A program made the position numbers and the translations under genes. This document shows positions 52,261 through 64,000 of a DNA stretch of 64,000 bases, one piece after another. The stretch comes from Kudoa neothunni (taxonomy: Eukaryota > Animalia > Cnidaria): the NCBI GenBank assembly GCA_964304625.1, contig OZ199838.1, positions 5,530,178 through 5,594,177 of the forward strand. Reading direction: 5' to 3'. Under the pieces are notes generated by a model. The model was given only the letters and a program-made list of their open reading frames with translations, was not told the DNA's origin and did not search any database. Every line of letters begins with the position of its first letter. Within the stretch, counting starts at the first letter, position 1.

Positions 52261-55200
52261 CTAGCGGGAACTGCCCAGCGTTGCTTGGGGAAGATTTCGC
52301 ATAGATACGTTTCTTAACAATATTCGAAAAATATATTAAAGCCTAAAACTCATAGATGCAAAATAACTAAAAATTCTTAAACAATATACTTTAACGATTT
52401 GGATTATGAAATTTAAATTATGTTCATTTATTTGAAGGTGTGTTCCAATCCTGGCGTTCATTTAAAATTTCGTGGCTCGGCACCAACGCTAAATAAGTTA
52501 AGGTCAGCATCGTATTTTTTTCATTCCCGAATTATTTAAATCCCGTTAAAGTGTTATCTAAAACGTTATTTTTTGGCCGGAGGATTTTTAAATGTCGGAT
52601 TCTGGTCCCGCTCAATAACTGTGTGTACCACTATCCTTTAAAGAGATAAAAAATGGAGAAAGTAATAGAGATAGAAGAAAACGTATGAAAATTAATTGAT
52701 ATTGCTAAAATTAATATCGTTTTGTCCGCAAAAACCTTAATGCGCTTTTTCTAACAAATATTTTAAATAATCGGATGAAATAACCATACAACCATTTGCA
52801 CTGAATTGAATTGAATCACTGACAGTTTAGCATAACGGACGGTTTCAATGAAATCTACGGACACGGTACTTGCGTTATAGTGTTTCAATCTATCTGATTA
52901 TAACACGCATAACCAACTCAATAATAATGTAAATATTGACATTTTTTCGTATCTAAATCCACTGATAGAGCCTTCAAAATATGTTTATCAAGTCAATTAC
53001 ATTAAAACTCCTGATATAAGGAATTTATTTGTGCAAACAATAAAATAAACGCGCAGATCATATACATAAAGACAGGTAGCATCGTTTAATTAACATATGA
53101 TGGAGCATATAAGGGAGATAGTTAACTTCAACCGGTAATGAGGGAGTATCCAGCTCCAAAAATTCGTCATTTTCCCGTACACGCGCATTCCCGATTGTTT
53201 TATAACTTAATTTAGCACATTTTTAAAATATTGAGTAATCACAAATCAGACCAAAATTTTTATTCTAAAGAATTGCAAAAAATCACACTTCGACAACAAT
53301 CGGACAGCGCGCAGTGTAATGCGCATATCTTTTCATAACCGTTTTCAGTCTAATTTGTCTTAAATAATTCATGAAATTTATATTTTTAATTTTTATAATA
53401 TTATCAAATATGTTCTCGCGATTAAAGAATCACACAGGATAAGAGATATTTGATTTAGTGGTGTTTTGAATTTTCGATAATTATAGATGTAATAGTAACT
53501 GCTATATTTATATCTCACGTTAAATTTAAAAATTTATGTTTTTATAATTTAATCCGATTAACAAATGTTTTTTCGATGGCGGATTTTTCACTTCAGCGTA
53601 AATTTTATAAACTTTTGTTTAATGTGAGTGCTCTATTTACTTACCTAGCGAATAAGAGTCTATTACAAAAAATGCCTGATCGGTGCAAGAATTGCCACAG
53701 GTATAACACTCTACGCCTCCAAGCTACAACGAGAAAAAGAAACAATACTTCAATCGATCTTTGTGACGATGATATTGAGAAATACTCGTATACGTGTTCA
53801 AAGTACTTTTATTTTATGTATAGTTTTAAAATATTAATTTTAGGAGTGATTGTAGAAGGCATTTTCACCCAGGACCTCTACCTTCTTTGGCATCAATAAC
53901 GCGATGGGGACGAATGTATCCAAATTAGCAGTATCTCAGCTATTTGAGTTAATATATCTTCAGTGTATTGAAGAAAGATGCATAGTGGTGGCATTAACTC
54001 AAATAACCGAGAAAATCGAATCGTCGAAATTGACAAATTTTTATGAAGAGGTCGCCGTAAAAACAACCGGGGAAGATTTTTAAGCATGGACAGATGGTTG
54101 GCCCTCCCTAACTATTTCTCAAGGACTAGGTTATTCCGTGGAGCGACTCCGTTGAGACGTCAGCGGAGAAATGAAAGGTATGGCTACAGAATAAACGGCC
54201 CTTGGGTTGTTGGCATTTGCGAATGCTCTGTTGATGAATATGGCAAACGCAAATTGTTAGAATCAAGATTTTTTATTGTCCAAAAAAGGGATAAACGAAC
54301 GTTGACCCAACTCGTCTTACAGGAAGTTGAAAACGGGACTACAATCTATACGGACGAGTGGTTGGGGTACATCTCTCTCCGAATTTACGGCTATAACCAT
54401 ATAACCGTTAATCACTCTAAAGAGTATGTCACTCCAGAGGGTTACCATACTAATACGGTCGAGGTGTGTTGCATCATCTCAAAACAAAACTCATTCAGAA
54501 AATGAGCGGTGTGCCACGAAATCAGCTGGATTTCTACCTACATGAATCATGATCGCGTTCCATTCATAAAGAATATTGGAATTTCTTCGAATATATTTTA
54601 ACAGCGATCGCTACTATTTAGCAATTAAATAATAGCTAGTGAAACAAAATATTTGTGTTTTGATTCCTTTCATCTTTTATATACTGCTATTTGTCAAAAA
54701 ACTTAAGAAAACTTTAGATTTTACAATATTAGTATTAACTATAAAATTATTATTATATTCACAGTAAATATATGTTTATGATTTACCGCTAAGGCTTTAT
54801 TAATGAAAAAATAATTTTTGCTTATAAATGAAATTAGATTATGAATTTTTGTTAAGAAAAACCAAATTAAAATTTTTGACTCACAATTGTTTCTGTTTTG
54901 ATAATCCAAGTGATTATGTAATACATCAACTATGAATTATAGTTATCACGGATCGTTCCTCAAAGAAGTCAATATATTTGTACAAATCAACATTAAATAT
55001 TTTATTTTTGACTTATTTATAATTAGATTATAAATAGTTAACGAATTATTCATTATAATTTTTGTAATATCATAAGGTTTTCAATTTCTTCAATATGGTT
55101 TGTTCGGTATACCGTTATATATTTAATATTAGTACATAAAAAAAATATATGAACTAAAAAATAAATTTTTAAGTAACAATTAAGAGTCGTTAACGTAAAA

Positions 55201-55835
55201 AATGAAAAATTTAGGTTTATAAACACAATAAATAACTGGCATATATCCTTTCGGTTCAATTTCATTAATAATTCACAGAACATATTTGATAATATTACAA
55301 AAATTAAAAATATAAATTTCATGAATTATTTAAGACAAATTAGACTGAAAACGGTTATGAAAAGGTATGCGCATTACACTGCGCGCTGTCCGATTGTTGT
55401 CGAAGTGTGATTTTTTGCAATTCTTTAGAATAAAAATTTTGGTCTGATTTGTGATTACTCAATATTTTAAAAATGTGCTAAATTAAGTTATAAAACAATC
55501 GGGAATGCGCGTGTACGGGAAAATGACGAATTTTTGGAGCTGGATACTCCCTCATTACCCTTCAACCGACCATCACCATGACGTAAGCAAGTACTAATCC
55601 TATAGTTGAATTCATGTAATCCGATGAACAAACTTTAAATCGACTAAATCACTATTTCATAAATACTTTTTGGAAATTATAGTCATCCGAAAACAATTAT
55701 ACAACTTTTTTAAATATCACAAATTTATAAAAATTTTATATATGACTCTCTATAAGGAAAAAATTACCCGCACATTCGTACTTAGGGCATACACACACAA
55801 ACATACCGACAGTCCTCTTTTATATATATAAAGGA
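52261..55835 (-). mobile_element. Non-autonomous Helitron
   Basis: Minus strand 5' A|TCCTTTATATATATAAAAG... and 3' CCCAAGCAACGCTGGGCAGTTCCCGCTAG|T. Removing it restores collinearity of the host MITE with its sibling copy. Confidence 0.82.
53134..55559 (+). mobile_element. Merlin (IS1595/ISXO2-like) DNA transposon with about 260-bp TIRs
   Basis: Near-perfect long TIRs starting GGTAATGAGGGAG and a perfect 8-bp TSD CTTCAACC. Disrupted transposase with CKNC, IVEID, NRGR, PWVVG, IYTDEWLGY, TVNHS and HTNTVE. Confidence 0.93.
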
Positions 55836-56076
55836 TTATCAATAGTTTAAGTAAAAAACAATACTTTTGAAAGAGGTGGCATGGGGGCGCGATAGAAAAA
55901 AAGGTTGGGAAACGCTGATCTACAACTTTCATTTTTAGTTGGTATTTCTATCATTCTTATTAATTTAACAAACCCCTAAAAATGTTTTAATAAAACTTAA
56001 TTATTAATATGAAAGAATAAGACAAAGTAGTTTCCTCTTTTGACAAAAAAATGGCTTTATTTTTTTTCGAGCTTAA

Positions 56077-56958
56077 CCCTAGAATACCAGGAGATGGCCA
56101 ATCAATGCTTATTATATCATTAACTTTTACAGAATATTTTAGTTCCTTTTTTTCCCTCGGTGTATTTTATAGTATAATGATGCTTTTAAAAAATATTCAA
56201 ATAATGGAGTTATACGTTTAATATTTTCGCTTGAAATCAAAAAAAGAAAAAAAGTTACACATATCTTAAGATGACCATCACATAAATAATGTTTGCATCG
56301 TTAAAATATATATAATCTTTTCTGCAGTAAAATAAACACTATAAATATACTTTGAAACAAGAAATTTATATAATTGCATTATTTTGTTTCTACAAAAGCT
56401 TGATTCTGTTACTTAATTGATTCTGGCTTGGGAATGGCACATATTATAATAATTTTGTTAAACTACATATCAACAAAAAGTATTAAGTTAAGTATAGTTG
56501 TTTAAAGTTTAATTTAGACCATCTTATCGTAACTCAAAAATTCGAAATCTAAAAATCCTTAGACTATATATATATATATATATATTTCTTATTCGTAAAA
56601 TAATTTATAATGCCAAATTTTAATTTATAAAGTACGAATTAATATATTTAACATATTCCTATCAACGGGGAAAGAGAATTCACAATAAGATCACGGATTT
56701 TGAGAATAAAACAAAACCTCAGCTGTTAAAATAATAATAAGTAAATGCGAAAAATGAAGCAATAAAAAAGAATTTATTCCTAATTTTTCGCACCATTCAA
56801 AGTATATACAGATATAATTATTCCCGTTCTTCGCATTTGCGCAAATAAACATCACAAAAATTCAATATTGACTTATTTTTATTATTTTATTACATATTTG
56901 CATGTGGTCACCTCCAGGTATTCGTGTAAATTTCTCCTCAGATGTAGGTGTTCTAGAG
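56077..56958 (+). mobile_element. piggyBac-like MITE, copy B
   Basis: TTAA|CCCTAGAATACCAGGAG ... GTGTTCTAGAG|TTAA. Collinear with 45530-46397. Confidence 0.85.
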
Positions 56959-57686
56959 TTAATTATTAAATTTTATTTAGGATGAACGGTAATCATTTAA
57001 TTTTAAAAAAAGTAAATATAAATGACCTCCTAGTCGAGTAGTATGAAGAAGACAGACTACTGACACGGTTATTTTTAACCCTAATTGTAATATACGCATG
57101 CGCGGCGCCAATTTAATTAGCGGGAGCCCCCACTACAGTTAATGTTTATAGTTAATTTTCTAGATTATGCGACGTTTAATTAATTTATCTCCTTAAGAAC
57201 GACGGCATTAGACTAAAAATAAGTAACTACAGTCAAAATTGCACTCACCTGAATACCATTTACCGCGCTAATAGCCATTTCCTCTCAATAATGTGTATTT
57301 TTAATCCCATATAGAGATTAAATGAGAATAAAAATACGTTGTCCAATAACGAGAACATTAATCTATTAAATTCAAAATTTATTAATTAATTGCATCTATA
57401 TGAAAACTTAGCGTCTATTAAATCAGATTTGAGTTGTATTTTTGTAGCTTTTTATCTGGTAATTCCCATTTTGTAAATTGATGTAATAGACAAAATAAAT
57501 AAAAATTAACCATAGCCGAATAAGACCACATCAAGAGTTTGATGTGTTGATCCAATGTTGAAGCGGCTATGCAGCTATGAGTATCCCTCTTAATCACGTG
57601 GGATCAGCTGTAACATTAAGCCGCAAATAGTTTGCTTTCTTGTGGCGCCCACCCATATTGAATGAGTAGTTTGTTTTCATTCCTCG

Positions 57687-60600
57687 ATGAGAAAGATACT
57701 GAATGTGGCAGAAAAAAATGCTGTCGCTAAGGAAATGGCAAAAATACTCTCAAAAGGCAGTTATTCCAATGTAAAGATACTTTACTATTCGTATCACTTC
57801 CGCCCGGTTGTTACTTTTCAATTATTTAGATACCATCACCAGCCAAATACAATATGAACTACACTTTTAACTATAACCTATTCAATGAGGTAAGCTTTTC
57901 GATTTAATAATGAATTTTATGGTTGCTTGACGTGGATGGGCGTGTAGCAAGTTGTGATGATTGCCACATCAGTAGCTGGGCATGTGTACGGTGTAGATTT
58001 TGATCAGTCACTAAGACAATGGTAATTTTTCTGTTCCGTTTTATATGGTGGACATGGTGATGTTATCACTGCTGAATTTTAGGCAAATGGACGTAATACC
58101 AAGATTGTTTGATGCGCCCCTATTTCAGAACGTGGTAAATGACCAGTCTGAAAAAATTATAGTATTTTATGATATATATATATATGTGTGTGTGTATAAG
58201 TGTGCATATTTTTTCTGTTGTAATTCACTCCAATAGTTACTCTATCGTACGTTAATACAAACACCATTGACGAATTCGTTTTAGAAAAATCTGAAAACAC
58301 TGGCCAAAGGATGTGATACACTTATCATATGGACAGATTGTGATCGCGAAGGAGAATACATAGGACAAAGTGTGGTTGATGTATGTCTACCTTCAAATCG
58401 ATTTCTTACCGTTAAAAGAGCAAGATTTTCAGAAGTGACACACAGGTACCTTTTAATTAATTTTTTCCAATCCACGATCGGCTTTTCTTCGTGCGTGGCA
58501 GAACGCAACTTTAAAATCTAATGTTATTTCATTTTAATTAGTTCTCTCTCGAATGCATTACTAAATTTGGGACAGATAAATCAAAGGGAAGTTGATTCTG
58601 TGAAATGTAGAATAGAACTGGATTTACGTATCGGTATAATATATTTAATCACTAAAAATGTCACCTATTAAAGTGTTGTGAGATGACTGAAGTTGTTATT
58701 TTATTATTTTTTTATTCAGGGGCATCCTTCACTCGAATGCAATCAATCCAATGTAAACTGCAACAACCCGGTTCCAATCATGATACAAGAGGGAATGTGA
58801 TTAGTTACGGTGTGGAATGAGTTGGTTTGATTGATCTATACTCACATTCGTTATAGGCCCCTGCCAATTTCCAACTTTGGGGTTGGTTGTTGAAAGAGTA
58901 GTTGGTTGTGTTTAGTGGATAAATTTGTAGTTTTTCTTTTCTATTATTAGTACAAAGAAATTGAAAAATTTGTACCTGAGAAATTTTGGAAATTAGAGTG
59001 TATTATTAATATTGTTGAGGGTTTTGTTGACACATTAATTTTACGCTGTTTTTATTAGTGAACCATAGGATGAATGAATTTAATGTGAGTTTTTCGTGGG
59101 ATAGGTATATTTTTTATGAGGAGTTGACAGAATTGACTCACATTTGTATCATCTATTAGGGGGCACCTATTTTGTCAAAACACATGTGATACCTTTTATA
59201 AGATTTGTAAATTGGTACATTTTGGTGAATGTGTCTCCTAAATAGTTCTTTTGTCGGCGTTTTTTTTATAGAAAGACTATGGAACTGTGACTGATCTAAC
59301 AACCAAGCAAGTAGTTAAAAAGAAACCGTACCCAATGGACACTATAAAAATGGAAAAAATGGCTTCCACCTATTTACATCTGAATTCCAAAACTACGATG
59401 AATTTGGCTGAAAAGCTTTACACAACCGGGTAATAATGCGCAATGTTTTGTCGCTATAGTAGTGTTTCTCAGTCTGCTATTACTGATTTACATAATTTTT
59501 AAATTCTTTGTTTAATTACGCATTAAAAATGATTCAACTCGCTTATTTAATGTTTAGCATAAACAATAGTAAGACAAGTTTTTCAACAAAGGTTTTGAAA
59601 AAATTTGTGTTGTATTTTCGAATTTAATGACTTTACAATGTCTATAATGATCATACGATACGTCCGTGACAAATGCTGCCTCAATTGTCACGGTTAATGT
59701 TATAAATAAGTTTAGCCTCTTATATTGAAATATATCCGAATGTTTTTATTTATTGAACTATAGTCTAATTATTATATTTACGGTTTTCTGCCTAAAATCG
59801 GCCATTGAGACACTTGGGGGAGTATTGCTTAGTTATTTAATTTTAAAGTGTAGTAATCAAGAAGTACCGTGTTTCCGCGAATATAACAGGCCTTAGATAT
59901 TTGTTTGGTCTAATAAAAGGCATTATTTTTTCTAAAAAGGAAAATAATATTTTATTGAATGAAATACGACGTGGAACATACAATGTGATGAGTATATTTA
60001 TGTTTTCTTTAAAAATTAAGATTAAATGACAGTCAAATCCCTAATCCGACTTGTTTATTGAGTATTTTACCTTAAAAAATTTTCTTATTATCAACTGCCC
60101 AATAAAATTACATTGTTTGAAGATATTTATGTATAATTCAGAATATCCATAACGTTGGTATTTTAATGGGTAGATCTTATACTAAAAACTAGCTCAACAA
60201 ATACTATTTGTTTTCTTTTCCGGGGTAGGTCTTATAACCGAGGAACCACGGTAATAATGAGTTGGTAGTTAATATCATTTTTAACTCGCTTATATTAACG
60301 CATTATAACATAAAAAGTGAAGGAATTTATAACAAATTTTTATTGCTACTTAATGTGATTTTTAATATATTATGTTTATGGTGTATGTTTAAGGATTTTT
60401 AATCTATTCTTAAAAAATGTGGATTTATGAGTTATTCCTAATATGGCGTTTTAAGTTTTTCAAATAAAATTTTAAAATTAATAAATATGTATTACTGGAC
60501 GCCAATTATTAGAAATATGAGAACACTGAAAAACCTGTCATAATTATGAGATAAAAATTCGATAGAAATGAAACGGAAATATATTATTTTGTTTCTAAAA

Positions 60601-62420
60601 TAAATGATAATTGGCTGAAATAAGTTTGAAAAAATAAATGATGCAGATACCCGTTTTTATATTTAGAAATATATTTATTTGAATTATTTGTAGTACATTT
60701 ATGCTCATTAGAATGAGCTGCGATTTTAGCTAGAGTTAATATTTCTAATTAACCAAAACTGGGACACTATTGTAGTCAATGTGACTTTCTACAATTTATA
60801 AATCTGCCTAAATTTTGTTATCGTGCTGACATGATGTCTAGTTATATCAGCTACCCTAGAACTGAGACCACATTATTTCCACCGAGTATCAATTTGAAAA
60901 AATTAGTCGAAAAACACACTGCTGACCCCAAATATGGAGGTAAACTCACAAGATTGCATTTATTCGATGTGAATTGGTTGTGACAATGCGAATAATAGGT
61001 TTTGCAAACAATCTTCTATCTGCAGCAATATCCACTAGAAATGGGCCAAAATTTGACAAAGCTCACCCTCCAATTCATCCCTTGAAATCAGGAGAAGGCC
61101 TACAAGGAGATAGTGCAAGGCTTTTCGAGATGATAACTCGTCATTTTCTTGCATGCTGTTCCAAGGACGCTATTGGAAATGAAACTATTGTTATTGTTGA
61201 TGTCAACGGAGAAAAGTTTAGTACTCATGGCTTGCAAATTATTGAAAAGAATTTTCTTGAAGTTTATCCATACATAAAATGGATTGAAAATGTATTTCAA
61301 CTGATGATTTAAATATGATTGGCTGAATAATGTGTTCTATGTGAACCAATTTTTAATAGAAACTACCCAATTATACCAAAAATCAAATCCTAAAGCCTAT
61401 ATGCGTGAATAAGAAAGATGGTGAAACGTCTCCTCCCAACCTTCTAACAGAGTCCGACCTTATAACGTTAATGGAAAAACATGGAATTGGAACCGATGCC
61501 ACACACGCAGAACATATTGCCAAAATTCAAGAACGAGGTTATGTTGAAGTGATTAGACGGCATTTTGTTCCAAAAGAACTTGGTTTAGCTCTTGTTGAAG
61601 GTGATTAACCGCATCAGCTACCAAATTAATCAATAATGATGAACAATATTGCAACTAATAGTTATCAAACTTTGACTTTAGGATATGAAGCAATGGGTTA
61701 TGATACTGTGTATAGTCCTGCTTTGAGGGCGTCATTCGAAAAAAAATTGTCTGCAATTTGTAAAGGAGAAGTTGAAAAATCAAGTAAACCATCTAACTTA
61801 CTGCTGATTCACAGTGTTCACTTCATTAATCATTTGACAAATCATCAATTTGAATAGACGTTGTATCCGAAATGGTTCAAAAATATAAACAACTATACAC
61901 CAAAGTTGTGGAAAATGTAATTCTATCTTTAATAATGAAGGATGGAATTTACCCAGTTATTCTGACCGTATCTAGATTTCCACTCTTATTAATTATGTGT
62001 TTGATTATTCAAACGGAACAAAAAAGGTTGATCCTTTCATTGTCAACAAGTTGAGGTCGTTTAACGATTTCTCGGGAAGAGGTTCTTCAGGTATATTAAA
62101 TTATTCTACTGACATAATCGATAGGTTTTTAATGTTAGAATTTTTTTCGTATTTCGACCAATTATATAATTAAAAAATTTTTAATAGTTAATTCTTTAAT
62201 CGTACTCAAATTTTATTATTAAAATGTCACTGCTTTCTCATTTCACTCTATAAATGGAGAACATTTATTAGGTGGTGGAAGTTCAACTCGTGGATCAAAA
62301 CCAACAAAACGTAAAGCACCTTCTTCAAATGGCGCCACCACCCCAAGAAAGGCCGTTACTTGTAGTATTTGTCATCAATCTGGTCACACCAGAAGATCGT
62401 GCCCTAGAAAAGCGTCTTAG
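57687..62420 (+). CDS. TOP3A: DNA topoisomerase III alpha, multi-exon
   Basis: LNVAEKN, TSVAGH, WTDCDREGEYIG, ELDLRIGASFTR, SYGPCQFPTLG, catalytic GYISYPRTET (split by intron 59430-60841), AHPPIHP, GIGTDATHAEHI and terminal CSICHQSGHTRRSCP. Confidence 0.95.
59867..60251. mobile_element. Tc1/pogo-type MITE in a TOP3A intron
   Basis: TA|CCGTGTTTCCGCGAATATAACAGGCC ... GGTCTTATAACCGAGGAACCACGG|TA. Confidence 0.72.
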
Positions 62421-64000
62421 CTTAACCAGTTTCTAAATATTTTTTTATTAAATTGATGTCGATTGTGATTTTATTTGTTTTTATTTCGCGCTAAAGTTAT
62501 TATTTCTAGTCTTAACAAGATTTAATTTTTTTCTCCTATAAACCTGCCCATTTATATATAACTTATACCAATCGCCATGACATTAGACTTTTTCCATCTA
62601 TAATAAATTTTCACTGTAGTGTAACTAATCTCAAGTCTCGATTTATTACGGCATTAATAAACAGCTATCATATATCGGATCGTGCGCATACGTGATTGAT
62701 TCAATTTTTTAAATAAGCCATCTATCTTGTTGATTTTAGTTTCCATTAGTGATTACTTCAATAAATATATTCATAAAAAGCTTCTAAGAGAATATTTATT
62801 GAAAAAGTTTAATAGTAAAGGCCTTATTAATTGAATTTATCGCGTTTTGTATTTGGGCTGTGGAACATAATCATTTTTGAAATTAAAATCCGTGTTCTTT
62901 ACATTTTGATTTCTCATTCGATAATTTAATAGTTGGAATGATTTCTTAGTGCAAATTTTTCATAATTTTTCTATTTTTCAACATCCTAGATTACGTTTAT
63001 TAACCTTCTCGTTCTTAATATTCGTTTACAATTTAAATTAAAACGAGAAAAATTGCTTTTTTATGGTGCTCTATTTTGAATATCTTCTCCAAAATAGTTT
63101 TAAAATGTTGTAAATGATTTTCATCCATTTTAAAATAATGTTAATTAAACAAAGAAATTTATTTTTTGCATAATCGTAATATATTTTATTAAAGATTAGG
63201 TTTAAATCTAATTCGTCGTAGGTTAAAAATATTCATATATTTTTGAAGAGTTGAAAAGTTACACAGGAGTTAATGATGTGTATTAATTATATTTATGTAT
63301 CAACTCTGCCTTATGAAGAAAATTTATATACTAAAACTCAATCTGATGTATATCTTTAAAATATTCCGCTTGAAATATTTTTAGATATGTAATAATTTTG
63401 AAAAAGAAGTTTACATCCAATTTCATGCGCAAGCGCCGAATTATATCGATGTAAACATATTGATTATATATAGCCACTGTTTACAAGGCGGTTAAAAAAT
63501 AAATTTTCTACGCATTTTAAACAAATCATGAAATTTTTACATGATTACGATGCATAAAAATAGGAGTTTTATTCAATTTTCATTATTTCCTGTAATTTAA
63601 TGATGATTAATAAACAAAATTTCTGAGCGTTTTAGCTTTTTAAATCTTTTAACTAACCATTTTTACGTTATATATTAGTTTTAGAGCGCAAACAAAACAT
63701 TTGGACACGAAAGAATTAAATTATACAATGAACTTATTTCTTCTGTTTGTATATTCACTTTCGAAATATGTCATTATACAAAACAGAAAATTTTCAGATT
63801 CAATCTAAACCTAGATATGAAACTCCAACTATGCTACATCGTAGCCTTACTCTAATTCTATCCAAAGTTTCCTGCGAATTTTTACAAAAATTAAATATCT
63901 AGTCGATAACAAGTGCCAATATCATTATTTTGATGAAAAAATTCCAACTCTGGAAATTTTGACATGGAGATGCCGCGGAATCATTATATAATATACCAAA

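Larger units (their letters stand above)
51624..55917. mobile_element. hAT MITE (family of 14589-15249) split by a Helitron
   Basis: TAGTGTTTCTCGACGTGGG ... GGTTGGGAAACGCTG with TSD atggacaa/atctacaa. Internal 52040-52255 aligns with 14965-15170. Confidence 0.8.

Noticed and set aside
55053-55322. Hydrophobic signal-peptide-like ORF
   Set aside because: AT-rich subterminal region of the Merlin element, overlapping its TIR; a compositional artefact.
57024-57075. tRNA-like 5' half (TAGTCGAGTAGTATGAAGAAGACAGACT)
   Set aside because: No B box or 3' half, so too weak to call.
57556-57686. Upstream exon encoding a mitochondrial presequence for TOP3A (MLKRLCSY...)
   Set aside because: I could not find a GT-AG join that puts it in frame with ATG 57687; needs transcript data.
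1-64000. Prokaryotic systems such as CRISPR arrays, operons or defence islands, suggested by IS630- and IS1595-like motifs
   Set aside because: No repeat-spacer arrays were seen, genes are spliceosomal, and these transposases fit eukaryotic Tc1/IS630-like and Merlin families.

Overview
AT-rich eukaryotic nuclear DNA with many short (about 40-70 bp) GT-AG introns and highly diverged proteins. The spliced EMRE-like gene points to an animal; a fast-evolving parasite such as a myxozoan is my inference, not established. Host genes: 3' part of proteasome subunit RPN2/PSMD1, a divergent CDC50/TMEM30, a three-exon EMRE/SMDT1-like gene missed by the ORF track lying head-to-head with a mitochondrial uL30-like gene, three intronless Ca2+-dependent nucleoside hydrolases, Notchless (NLE1) and a C-terminally shortened TOP3A. 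Intergenic DNA and large introns are mostly decayed, often nested transposons: hAT (Charlie/SPIN-, Tip100- and Ac-type), pogo/Tigger, IS630/Tc1, Merlin, piggyBac-like MITEs, two Helitrons and a tRNA-derived SINE. The strongest signal is between nucleoside hydrolase copies 2 and 3. They are almost identical over about 765 nt but differ densely in three short islands that match active-site segments, and both carry Ala where the family has His, Trp or Cys before the last Ca2+-binding Asp. Single-base frameshifts in essential genes suggest residual assembly indel errors. All alignments were done by eye.
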